64,000 nt of DNA from Chitinophagaceae bacterium (GTDB lineage Bacteria > Bacteroidota > Bacteroidia > Chitinophagales > Chitinophagaceae): contig JBDSUW010000107.1 of the NCBI GenBank assembly GCA_039927535.1, positions 382 through 64,381 of the forward strand, written 5' to 3'. The translations under genes were made by a program, and so were the position numbers. The notes beneath the pieces are model-generated. The model did not search any database. It had not been told where the DNA came from and saw nothing but the letters and a program-made list of their open reading frames with translations. Shown piece by piece: positions 1-9,485 of this stretch. Numbering within the stretch: the stretch's first letter is position 1; each line of letters begins with the position of its first letter.

Positions 1-92
1 CGTTATTTAAAACGGGATGCTCTATTTAGTGAGCTCCGCAGCCATATGGACGGCAAATATACAGCAAAATAAAATAATGAAATGAAAGGCAA

Positions 93-3000
93 TTATCGAT
101 TACGCCAATCTGGAACATATTTATCCAGCAGTTCCTGATAACTTTTAAGATTATGCAGATTGATCAGGTCGGGATCACTAAAAAGAGCATCTTTATTTCT
201 ATATCCTTTTTCATAGGCCATTTTTAAATAATCTATAGCCTGCTCCGGTTTTTTATTTAAAGTATAACTACATGCCAACCTGAAATAAGTTCTTCCATTA
301 GCTGGTTCTATTTGAATGGCTTTTAAAAAATATACTATAGAAGAATCATACTTAGCTATTGCATGAAAAGCCAACCCAAGATTTAAAGTAGCATTTTCAT
401 AATTCGGATTAAGGATTACAGCCTGTCTGGAATAAACAATTGCTGAATCAAACTGCTCCATTTGAATAAATGCAACCCCAATATTACTATAGGCAACCGC
501 ATTTGTTTTGTCCAGTTCAATCGATTTTTTAAAGTATACAATGGCAGAGTCATATAATTTCATATCATCCAGATAACTACCCACAGTAAAATATCCCTTG
601 GCCGTAACTTCCTTTCCGAAAAAAACCTGTTTTTTATAATAATATGTAGCCGAATCATATTGCTTTAGCATCCTGAAAACACCAGCCAGATTCGACCAGT
701 ATTTTGTGTTTACCGGATCAATCTGCATTGCCCGTTGTATATATATTCTGGCAGAGTCATATTTTTTCAACCCTTGCATGGCTAAGCCCATATTATTATT
801 CACCTGTGAATTGTCTGGTTCTTTATTTATGGCCAACCTATAATATTTTCTGGCAGAGTCATATCTTTTCTGATCTAGAAAAACAGTACCCATTTCATTA
901 AAGAACGAAGCACTTTCCGGTTCTATCAAGGTGGACCCTTTTATTAAATTAGCAATAGAATCAAGCAGATTTAGTTCTCTGTATATTTTTATGAGATTGT
1001 TGGTAGCAGGCTTATAATCCGACCTTACTTTCAATGCCTTTTTAAAATATAGCATAGCCGAATCATAGCTTTTTTCTTGCCCATAAATAACGCCAAGGTT
1101 ATTTAAAATAGAAGGGTTGCCAGGTTCCATTTTTACAGCTTGCTGAAAATAATAATATGTTGAGTCTGCTATCTTTTGTTGTTTAAATACCAACCCTATA
1201 TTAATATAAGCAAACGCTGAATATGGATTTGCAGTTAAAGCCCTGCGATAATAATAAATGGCAGAATCCAACTGTTTCAATTCAAAACTCAGCTTTCCTA
1301 AATTATTAAATGACTCTTCATAAGAGGGGTCAATTGCGCCTGCGAGCCGGTAATAAACTTTTGCAGAATCATATTCTTTTAAATCTCTGTAGAAATTACC
1401 AATATATATATTGACTATCGATTTATCCTGGTAATTCTCAAAAGCTTTGGAGTAATAAATTCTTGCTGAGTCAAATTGTTTAGTTTCAAAAAATGTTTTG
1501 GCCAACCCATTATATGCGTTGATGAATTTAGGGTTGGCAACAATACTTCTTTTAAAATATGAAATGGCTTTATCATAATTTTTCCTGGTAAAGTTTACCC
1601 AACCAATATTATTGCTGGCATAAGGATTGGAAGGCTCAATGAGCAATGCCTTTTCATAATAAGCTATAGCTGAATCTCCTTTTGACAATGAAAAATAATA
1701 ATGTCCCAGATCTACATAAGCATCTGCATTTTCGTCATTTAATTCAATTGCTTTCCGATAGTACTTAATTGCCGAATCTTGTTTGCTTAACGTTTTATAG
1801 GCAAAAGCCAAGGTAACATAAGGATACCGCCATTTGGGAGCAGATGCAATTGCCCTGTACGCATAATAAATAGCACTGTCCATTCTGTTATTATCCAAAT
1901 GCAATGACGATAAAGTATGCATCACATATGCCGCATTTCTTTCACTGCTGTTAGCAGAATAGGCATATTGAAATGCTTGCTTAATATCAACCTGTCTTCT
2001 TCCAACACCAAAGTAACCCCGGGCCTTAAAAAAATACATCCTGCCTTGTAATGACTTGGCAAAAGTCGGGTCGTCAGGCATAATGAAGCTGATGGCTCTT
2101 TCAAGCATGTTACCCACTTCATACGACTCTAGTCTTGCCACTTTTTCCATTCTGTCGAATCTGGTGTTAATTTCGTCTGTCTTTTCTTCCACATCTATCT
2201 GGGCTCTCAACTTCTGAATTGAAACTGGGTCTTTACAGTCCAGGTATAGGTTAATTTTATTTTGTGCAAAGTTGATGAACTCTACGGCCAATGTAGATTG
2301 AGCATCGATGGTATAAGAGTTATCCGGAAATTTCCTTGCCATCAGATCATAATAGTACTCGGCAGAATTTTTTCCCGTTAGTCTGCTTGCTTTAACCGCT
2401 GAATTAAATAGATTATAGGACTCGAGTAATAATGTGTCTGCTAAAGAAAAAGAATATTTTTTCCCTTTCCCGGGAATAAATGAATTTCCTCCTTTTGACT
2501 GCTGTATCTTAAGTTCCTGCCATTTTTTCAAATATAACGGATCTACAATGCTTACAATTTTGCTACTGTTCTCCGAACAGCAGAAATAAGGATCCTGTTT
2601 TCGTTTGAATCGCTCCTTAGCAACCGATGGAACATTTTTTTCTACATATTTCTGAATTTCTTCTACTGTTACTTTATTGTCTTTATTTCCATCGTTGTCA
2701 GCCATACCATTTAGTCCATCTACCAGATAATAAGTGAATAAACCATGCCCGTTACCAATTGACGCATCTTCCAACGACTCCTGCCCTGCTCCCGTTGCCA
2801 GCATTATAATTTCACCAGCTCTTTTTTCAGATATAGCACTATTAAAGAACCCTTGCCCTTCTACGCCGCCGGGTAATTCATTAGAACGACAGGCATCCAT
2901 TATAAGATAAACCTCTACCCCTTTCGCAGCTTCTTTCTGAATTTTAATTTTCACATTTAGCATCTGAACAGCTCCGCTTACAAGGTAATTATTTTTATCT

Positions 3001-3425
3001 CCGGCAGGGTTACAATCATATGCCAAGTAAAAGAATTCATCTTCACTTATAGCATCTCCATGCCCCGCCAGGTAAATAAATAACCGGTCGCCTTCCTGTA
3101 GTTTTTTTATTTTTAACCATTGAAATCCTTTGGCATAGAAATTTGCCAGCGTTGCCTCCTCATTTAGTAACAAGTAGATGTCATCCTCTTTCAAACTTCC
3201 CCCAGCTGGTGATTTGAGGAAATTGGCAAACATTTCAGCATCTTTATCCGCATACGTAAGGGGCTTGATATATTTATACTCTGATATGCCCATAATCATT
3301 GCAAAAGTCTGCGGACCCTTTATTGTTGTATCTCTGGGTTTTGGGGGAGACTGTGCCATGCATTGGTTTATACCTAAAAACCAAAACAAAAGGATAAGAT
3401 TGGTTATGGGAAAAATTTTTCGCAT
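93..3425 (-). CDS. Exported caspase-family (peptidase C14, orthocaspase-like) protein with long C-terminal TPR array
   Basis: N-terminal signal peptide. Catalytic dyad motifs YLAGHG (His122) and IMDACRS (Cys179), plus GHGLFTYYL and QDP motifs. About 17 34-aa TPR-like repeats in the C-terminal half. Confidence 0.9.
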   Translation of the reverse strand: MRKIFPITNLILLFWFLGINQCMAQSPPKPRDTTIKGPQTFAMIMGISEYKYIKPLTYADKDAEMFANFLKSPAGGSLKEDDIYLLLNEEATLANFYAKGFQWLKIKKLQEGDRLFIYLAGHGDAISEDEFFYLAYDCNPAGDKNNYLVSGAVQMLNVKIKIQKEAAKGVEVYLIMDACRSNELPGGVEGQGFFNSAISEKRAGEIIMLATGAGQESLEDASIGNGHGLFTYYLVDGLNGMADNDGNKDNKVTVEEIQKYVEKNVPSVAKERFKRKQDPYFCCSENSSKIVSIVDPLYLKKWQELKIQQSKGGNSFIPGKGKKYSFSLADTLLLESYNLFNSAVKASRLTGKNSAEYYYDLMARKFPDNSYTIDAQSTLAVEFINFAQNKINLYLDCKDPVSIQKLRAQIDVEEKTDEINTRFDRMEKVARLESYEVGNMLERAISFIMPDDPTFAKSLQGRMYFFKARGYFGVGRRQVDIKQAFQYAYSANSSERNAAYVMHTLSSLHLDNNRMDSAIYYAYRAIASAPKWRYPYVTLAFAYKTLSKQDSAIKYYRKAIELNDENADAYVDLGHYYFSLSKGDSAIAYYEKALLIEPSNPYASNNIGWVNFTRKNYDKAISYFKRSIVANPKFINAYNGLAKTFFETKQFDSARIYYSKAFENYQDKSIVNIYIGNFYRDLKEYDSAKVYYRLAGAIDPSYEESFNNLGKLSFELKQLDSAIYYYRRALTANPYSAFAYINIGLVFKQQKIADSTYYYFQQAVKMEPGNPSILNNLGVIYGQEKSYDSAMLYFKKALKVRSDYKPATNNLIKIYRELNLLDSIANLIKGSTLIEPESASFFNEMGTVFLDQKRYDSARKYYRLAINKEPDNSQVNNNMGLAMQGLKKYDSARIYIQRAMQIDPVNTKYWSNLAGVFRMLKQYDSATYYYKKQVFFGKEVTAKGYFTVGSYLDDMKLYDSAIVYFKKSIELDKTNAVAYSNIGVAFIQMEQFDSAIVYSRQAVILNPNYENATLNLGLAFHAIAKYDSSIVYFLKAIQIEPANGRTYFRLACSYTLNKKPEQAIDYLKMAYEKGYRNKDALFSDPDLINLHNLKSYQELLDKYVPDWRNR

Positions 3426-3483
3426 AAATTCGACTAACTAAATTACGGATTTACAAAGGAATATCATTATCTCAAGTACTAAA

Positions 3484-3512
3484 AAATGCCTAAATACGAT
3501 TTTTAGGCATTT
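3484..3512. promoter_or_regulatory. Perfect 11-bp inverted repeat in divergent spacer, candidate operator
   Basis: AAATGCCTAAA-N7-TTTAGGCATTT lies between two divergent start codons, so a terminator role is unlikely. Confidence 0.5.
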
Positions 3513-3608
3513 AAATGAAGATTGAGTTAAAATCTGGCATACTTGCAACCATGAAAAGTCTTATAAAATCATTGTAATAATCACATAAATTAGAAACCAC
3601 CAACTGTG

Positions 3609-4865
3609 ATGAGTAAACCAACTGACGAACATACACAAAAGCCAAAACCGAAGAAAAAAATTCACCGGCACCTTACAAAATATCTGCTGGAAAGAGATAC
3701 TCTATTTGCTACGCTATGGGTATTCCTTTTCATTTTTATTCTCGGTTCTATCCCCTTAAATCTGGGTGTTATCAATCCAATAAAGCTTTCCTTAAAGGAC
3801 TTTGACTCAAATGATATGAGTTACTCAAAACTGCACAAAGGAGAAAAAACACCACCTGATAAAAACATTATCGTTGTAAATATAGGTAACTTGGATAGAG
3901 AAGGTTTATCGCTAATGATTGACAAAGTCGCTAGTTATAAACCAAAAGTAATGGCCTTGGATGCTTTTTTTGAAGGTCCCAAAGATCCATATCAGGATTC
4001 ATTAATAAGCGAAACCTTCAAAAAAAATAAAAATTTAATAGTTGGATATACACTTCAGTTTAAAGGAAAAGAGGCGGATACTGCGTTTGCAAAAGATAAA
4101 TATTTCGAAACGGTAAATCAATATGCTTATGTAAACTTTTTTCAGGACGACATTTCCACTTTTCGATACTTTGAACCTTTTTATGAGGATTATGCCAAAA
4201 CAAAATATAAGTCTTTTTCGGCTGCAGTCATTGAAGCTTCTGATTCCACCGCCTTTCATAAAATAGAAAAAAAGGGAGTCAATAAAGTTTTAATAAACTA
4301 TAGCCGTCGGCCAAGCCAATACCTTACCATAAACTTTGAGAACTTAATGAGTTATGACGAAAGTGACTCCAGCATATTTGCCAATAAAATTGTTCTTTTC
4401 GGTTATGTAAATAAGGACGCACAGGATATAACTGATAAGAAATTTACACCAATGAATGAAAGATATTATGGCAAATCAGTGCCGGATATGAATGGAGTAT
4501 ACGTTCATGCGAACATAATTTCTATGGCTTTGGAGAAAAATTATGTAAAAAAGCTACCTTCGTGGGCAAATGTCTTGATAGCCATAATAATATGCTGGCT
4601 TCACATGTCATTTTTTATCCATTATTACCTTGAAAGCCATATTTGGTTCCATTTAGCAGCAAAAATTGCACAGGTTCTTTCGGCAATATTTTTTGTATGG
4701 TTAGGCATCTATTTGTATGATAAGTATCGTCTAAAGGTTGATTTGAAGTTGAGTCTGCTTGTAATTGTGATGGCTGTAGACGTTATTTATTTTTACGAAG
4801 CATGGGCAGTGTGGATGCATAAAAAAGTTAATTATAAAACTGTATTTAAACCTCATCACCATTAA
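3609..4865 (+). CDS. Stand-alone CHASE2-domain membrane protein (no output domain)
   Basis: N-terminal TM helix. CHASE2-type motifs IIVVNIG..DR, KPKVMALD.FF, NKIVLFG, D.KFTP and MNGVYVHANII, then three TM helices and a short tail. ATG at 3609 preferred over GTG at 3606. Confidence 0.85.
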   Translation: MSKPTDEHTQKPKPKKKIHRHLTKYLLERDTLFATLWVFLFIFILGSIPLNLGVINPIKLSLKDFDSNDMSYSKLHKGEKTPPDKNIIVVNIGNLDREGLSLMIDKVASYKPKVMALDAFFEGPKDPYQDSLISETFKKNKNLIVGYTLQFKGKEADTAFAKDKYFETVNQYAYVNFFQDDISTFRYFEPFYEDYAKTKYKSFSAAVIEASDSTAFHKIEKKGVNKVLINYSRRPSQYLTINFENLMSYDESDSSIFANKIVLFGYVNKDAQDITDKKFTPMNERYYGKSVPDMNGVYVHANIISMALEKNYVKKLPSWANVLIAIIICWLHMSFFIHYYLESHIWFHLAAKIAQVLSAIFFVWLGIYLYDKYRLKVDLKLSLLVIVMAVDVIYFYEAWAVWMHKKVNYKTVFKPHHH

Positions 4866-4889
4866 TAAATAAACCTAAACCTCCTAAAG

Positions 4890-5789
4890 ATGAAAAAGTT
4901 ACGCTTCCTTATCCTTTGTAGTTTGTTCAGCGGAATGCTTTCTGCGCAAAACAGTTATATGCTATACAGCTTTAAAGGGAACATTACCGTTGTAGAAAAC
5001 AAAGTAGAAACCAAAGCCAAAGTTGGAAAAACAATTAGTGCCAAGGCTGTTGTAAAAGTTCCAAATGGTGCTGCTGTTACATTAATTTGTAATGAAGCAG
5101 CCATGTTTACATTCTCAAAAGCTGGCAGCTATTCTTTAAGCAAGTTTGGCGACTCTTGTACTGTTGGTAACAACTCTGTTAGTGCAAACTATGTAAAGTA
5201 TGTGTGGGCACAAATGACCAAAGCAAGTGGTTCTCCCGGAAGCAACAGGAAAGCTTATATGAACACAGTTGGTGCTGTAAGCCGCGGATTACCAAATGTG
5301 TGGGTTGATTCAAGACTTGATACCATAAATTATGCTGAAGGATCATTTCCCATTTCCTGGAAATCATACGAAGAAGCAAAAGAGTTTGATTTCAAGCTAT
5401 ATAACTATGATAACGTAAGTACCGCAATTTATTCTACTGTTATAAAAGACAAGAAAAAAATTGACATTAGTTCATTTACAGATAAAATGAAACCAGGCAA
5501 TAGTTATTACTGGACAGCCTCTATAAAAGGAGAAGATTCTGAGGAATATAAAACGTTGAACTATGTTACGAAGAAAGATTTTGAGAAGGTAGAAAATAAA
5601 TTAAAAAGTCAGGGAGCTGCATTTGAAGCAAAAGCTGAGCAAGCATATCGCCTTGGTTTTATGTTGGAGGATGCTCATTTCCTTTCAGAAGCATTTCAGT
5701 ATTATTCAAAAGCTGCAACATTAGATTCTACAAATGGACTCTATCGTAGTACCGTAATGTCTTTCAGAAAAGACTATGAAATAAAATAG
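4890..5789 (+). CDS. Exported hypothetical protein (FecR-like N-terminal region, GAVSRG linker, Ig-like region, TPR-like tail); possibly DUF928-like
   Basis: Signal peptide; starts 24 nt after the CHASE2 gene; motifs SWK, MKPGNSYYW and a C-terminal helical hairpin. The domain call is tentative. Confidence 0.6.
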   Translation: MKKLRFLILCSLFSGMLSAQNSYMLYSFKGNITVVENKVETKAKVGKTISAKAVVKVPNGAAVTLICNEAAMFTFSKAGSYSLSKFGDSCTVGNNSVSANYVKYVWAQMTKASGSPGSNRKAYMNTVGAVSRGLPNVWVDSRLDTINYAEGSFPISWKSYEEAKEFDFKLYNYDNVSTAIYSTVIKDKKKIDISSFTDKMKPGNSYYWTASIKGEDSEEYKTLNYVTKKDFEKVENKLKSQGAAFEAKAEQAYRLGFMLEDAHFLSEAFQYYSKAATLDSTNGLYRSTVMSFRKDYEIK

Positions 5790-5816
5790 AAAAAGTTTAG
5801 AAACAAACGCACATAA

Positions 5817-5851
5817 AAAGAGCCGTATCGCCTTAGGCGATACGGCTCTTT
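5817..5851. terminator. Bidirectional intrinsic terminator
   Basis: Perfect 16-bp stem AAAGAGCCGTATCGCC-TTA-GGCGATACGGCTCTTT between convergent genes. Confidence 0.85.
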
Positions 5852-5854
5852 CCA

Positions 5855-7255
5855 TTATTTGTATCCCAAAATTTTCAACATGCTTTGAGCTGTTTGTTCT
5901 TTTGCATAAAGCCAATCTACGAGTTTGCCATTTTTATCATGCCCAAGAATTATATGCTTTGGCGAAGGAATCATGCAGTGCTTTATGCCACCATATCCAC
6001 TTATCTGATCTTGATAAGCACCGGTATGAAAAAAACCAACATATAGGGGTTCATCATCATTACCTGTTTTGGGCAAGAATACTTCGTTAATATGTTCTTC
6101 TGAATCATAATAGTCGTGGCTATCGCAGGTGATACCGCCTAAAACAACCCTGTGATGATCTTCTTCCCATTTATTTACCGGCAGCATCAGAAACTTTTCG
6201 CCTATTCCCCATGTATCTGGCAAAGTGGTAATAAAAGATGAATCAATCATGTACCATGTTTCTCTATCGTTCTGTACTTTTTCTGCAATTATTTTATATA
6301 TGTGAGCCATGCTTTCCCCTACTGTATAGCTACCAAACTCTGTAAAAATATTTGGCATCGGCACTTTTGCCTTTTTGCAAGACGTCTTTATGTTTTTTAC
6401 AATTTCGTTGATCATGAATTGGTAATCATAATCAAATCCTAATGAATGCTTGATAGGAAACCCGCCGCCGATATTTATAGAATCAAGCTCTGGACAAATT
6501 TTCTTTAACTGGCAGTAGAGATTGATTACTTTATTCAATTCACTCCAATAATAAATATCATCTTTGATCCCTTTGTTCAAAAAGATATGCAGCATTTTTA
6601 ATTGGAACTTACTTTCATATCCTTCAATTCTGTCTACATAAAACTCTAATATATCCTTTGCCCTCATTCCAAGTCGTGAAGTATAAAAAGGGAAATTTGG
6701 TTCTTCTTCCGCCGCTACTCTTATACCTAACTTAAAAGGAACTTTTACGGATGTAGCATAATCCTTCAACTCATCTTTATTATCAAGAATTGGAATCACA
6801 TTCTGAAAACCTGTATTCAATAGATTGGCAATTCTTCTTGTATAACTTTTCTGCTTAAATCCATTGCAGATAATGTGAATGTCCTTTGTTATTTTCTTTT
6901 TTGCATATAGTTTTTTAATGATCTCTATATCGTAAGCATAAGAAGTTTCTAAATGTATTTCGCTTTTCAGCGCTTCTTCTACTATAAAACTGAAATGTGA
7001 ACTTTTGGTACAGTAACAATAAAAATACTTGCCTTCATACTTATGTTTTTTAAATGCAGCTGCAAACATGGTTTTTGCCTTCCTGATCTGCATTCCAATC
7101 TTTGGCAGATATGTCATCTTTAACGGTGTTCCGTATTTAGCAATAATTGCTTTCAGGTCAAGGCCATTAAAATAAAGATTCCCATCTTTAATTTCGATTC
7201 CTTCTTGTGGAAAAGTAAAAGTTTGCTTTACAAGGTCGTGGTAAGAATTTGTCAT
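5855..7255 (-). CDS. speA: Arginine decarboxylase (Bacteroidota short type, PLP fold III)
   Basis: YCTKSSHF (PLP lysine), NIGGGFP, FTEFGS, TCDSHDYY and TGAYQ motifs. Confidence 0.85.
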   Translation of the reverse strand: MTNSYHDLVKQTFTFPQEGIEIKDGNLYFNGLDLKAIIAKYGTPLKMTYLPKIGMQIRKAKTMFAAAFKKHKYEGKYFYCYCTKSSHFSFIVEEALKSEIHLETSYAYDIEIIKKLYAKKKITKDIHIICNGFKQKSYTRRIANLLNTGFQNVIPILDNKDELKDYATSVKVPFKLGIRVAAEEEPNFPFYTSRLGMRAKDILEFYVDRIEGYESKFQLKMLHIFLNKGIKDDIYYWSELNKVINLYCQLKKICPELDSINIGGGFPIKHSLGFDYDYQFMINEIVKNIKTSCKKAKVPMPNIFTEFGSYTVGESMAHIYKIIAEKVQNDRETWYMIDSSFITTLPDTWGIGEKFLMLPVNKWEEDHHRVVLGGITCDSHDYYDSEEHINEVFLPKTGNDDEPLYVGFFHTGAYQDQISGYGGIKHCMIPSPKHIILGHDKNGKLVDWLYAKEQTAQSMLKILGYK

Positions 7256-7350
7256 TTCAGCATAAATGGGTTAAGCCAGTAATTAGTTAACTGTGCAAAA
7301 GTATAAGTTTGGAGATTTTTTGACGGAAAAATTTCAGCCAGATCCGTAGA

Positions 7351-8256
7351 TCATATTTCACGGAAAACATTGGTCTTATTTTCTACTGGTGTTACCTTAT
7401 ACCCTTCTTTTCTCAAAAGATTTATTACTCCTTTTTCTCCCGGCAAATGACCGGCCCCAACAGCTACCAATATTGATTTTTCGGGTAATAAAGTTTTAAG
7501 CTTTTGTACCCAGTTTTGATTTCGGTGATACAATAATATGTCAGTAAAACCAGCCATTCCTGCATCTGTCTGCACCATCAATTCTTCCAATTTTTGCAGA
7601 TCCTGGCTGTTATAAGCTTTGAACATTTCTTCCATTTGCTTATCCTCTTTGCTGTCCTTTCCGGCCGATTCAATATAGCTAAGTAATTGCTGTGCTTGTA
7701 TCTTATAAGGAATGCTATCTAAAACACCTGCCTGGTATGACATGGTTTCCATTCCCTTTATTTTCTTTTTATAGATTTTTGCTTCTTCCATTATTACCTG
7801 CTCCATCATGGCAGTGTTATCACAAGGCAAAGAACCTTCCTGCAATGTAGAGGCGGCTAACATTGGTTTATAAGTTTCCAGCATTGAAAATGGAAGCATG
7901 GAGCCTTTTGCATCAAAGTAAGCCTTCACTTTTTCATATTCTTCAACAGTTAGCAAATCTTTTAAAGTTGTATCGCCTATCATCTTCATTTTGCCCATCG
8001 CTCCCATCATTTCAAAGAGATTATCCATGTCAACTTCGAAATAAACCTCATCACAATCTTTTATAATCTTTTTCATGTTATTGCTCAATACTGCATCATC
8101 AGCACAAAGCATATGAATTGTTCCAAACAGGTAAGAAGGGTTTTCCAACCCGTTACCGCTAATTTTCCATAACAATGTATTATTTCCTGTACCACTTTGG
8201 GCAAGGGAGGCCATTGTTACTAAGCTAACGATCAATCCGGCACTTAATTTTTTCAT
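7351..8256 (-). CDS. TraB/GumN family protein
   Basis: LLWKISG...SYLFGTIH, RNQNW and VAVGAGHLPG motifs; signal peptide. Confidence 0.9.
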   Translation of the reverse strand: MKKLSAGLIVSLVTMASLAQSGTGNNTLLWKISGNGLENPSYLFGTIHMLCADDAVLSNNMKKIIKDCDEVYFEVDMDNLFEMMGAMGKMKMIGDTTLKDLLTVEEYEKVKAYFDAKGSMLPFSMLETYKPMLAASTLQEGSLPCDNTAMMEQVIMEEAKIYKKKIKGMETMSYQAGVLDSIPYKIQAQQLLSYIESAGKDSKEDKQMEEMFKAYNSQDLQKLEELMVQTDAGMAGFTDILLYHRNQNWVQKLKTLLPEKSILVAVGAGHLPGEKGVINLLRKEGYKVTPVENKTNVFREI

Positions 8257-8364
8257 TCTGCTTTTTTAAAAGGACGATTTGTAGGTTACAAAAGTTATAG
8301 TAAGAACCAGCATATTTCAAAAATCCAACCAAACTTAAACAATGCCTTTGTGTCAGTTTAAAAC

Positions 8365-9465
8365 TTAATAAAACACTTCACTCCAATGGCGGGAGAACAT
8401 TGTTCCCCATTTTACCTTTAGCTCATCAGCAGAAATTGGCAAGCCGAGTTCCTGCTTAACTGCCAACACAGGAAGATTAATACCTGCACCAAGAGCTGCC
8501 GATATGGCTCCTTGCACTCTTGGGTTAATTTCCAGCATCAAAAATTCACCTGAATCGGCCTTCTTAACTTGTATACCAATATTACCATGCAGCTGCAATT
8601 CTTTAATTATTTGACGGCAATAGTTAATGATGTTTTTCTCTTCTACAATTTCACCTTCCACACTTATTCCATTTATCATTTTCTTTCTCAGTCTTGGAAC
8701 AATCAAAATAGGATCTCCATGATTGGCCAAACAATCAACTGAGTATTCCTCCCCAGGCAAATATTCGGAAACCAATAACTCCGGAAAAACCCCAGAAGAT
8801 AAAATCTCTATCGCATTTTTAAATCTGATAAAAGTTGCAGCAGGTTTAAATTTAAATAGTAAATCAAGTTCATTCATATCTTCTGCAATGATTCGAAAAC
8901 CACGACTACCATTTGAAATAGATGGTTTAAAACAAACCTTGCTTTCAGGATAACCTAATGTAGTAACTGCTTCTTTAAACTGTTCAACAGTTTCTACAAT
9001 AGTAAAATATGGGACTGCAATTCCCCTCCATTGCAAAAACTCATACAATCTGCTTTTATTATTTGCAATTTCCAATGATGAGAGTGGTGAGATCAAAACT
9101 TTGGTACCAATAGCTTCAAATTCTTTTATTCTGGAAGAAAGTGGAACCAACTCTTTTGTAACTAATGGCAGCACTATGTGAATATTGTTCTGCTTACAGA
9201 TGGAAAGTAACCTGGCAACAAAATCAGGGCTCTCAGCGAAAGGTATTTGCTCAAAATAATCGCCTAAATGTTTGCCAATAGCATCCCCATTCGCATCCGC
9301 AACAAAAATCTTAAATAACTTTTCTTTCTTCAGACATTTAATAATTCCTGCTGCTCCTGGTGCTCCGCCGCCAGTCATTAAAACATTTATGCCACCCTCC
9401 TCCCGAAAAATCGGGACAAGCTCTAAAGAGGAGCCATCCTCACCATCTATTTTATCATTTGTCAT
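8365..9465 (-). CDS. ATP-grasp domain protein
   Basis: FKP..SNGSRG, SEYLPGEEYSVD and EINPR motifs. Confidence 0.85.
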   Translation of the reverse strand: MTNDKIDGEDGSSLELVPIFREEGGINVLMTGGGAPGAAGIIKCLKKEKLFKIFVADANGDAIGKHLGDYFEQIPFAESPDFVARLLSICKQNNIHIVLPLVTKELVPLSSRIKEFEAIGTKVLISPLSSLEIANNKSRLYEFLQWRGIAVPYFTIVETVEQFKEAVTTLGYPESKVCFKPSISNGSRGFRIIAEDMNELDLLFKFKPAATFIRFKNAIEILSSGVFPELLVSEYLPGEEYSVDCLANHGDPILIVPRLRKKMINGISVEGEIVEEKNIINYCRQIIKELQLHGNIGIQVKKADSGEFLMLEINPRVQGAISAALGAGINLPVLAVKQELGLPISADELKVKWGTMFSRHWSEVFY

Positions 9466-9485
9466 TGTTCTAAAAAATAAATTTT

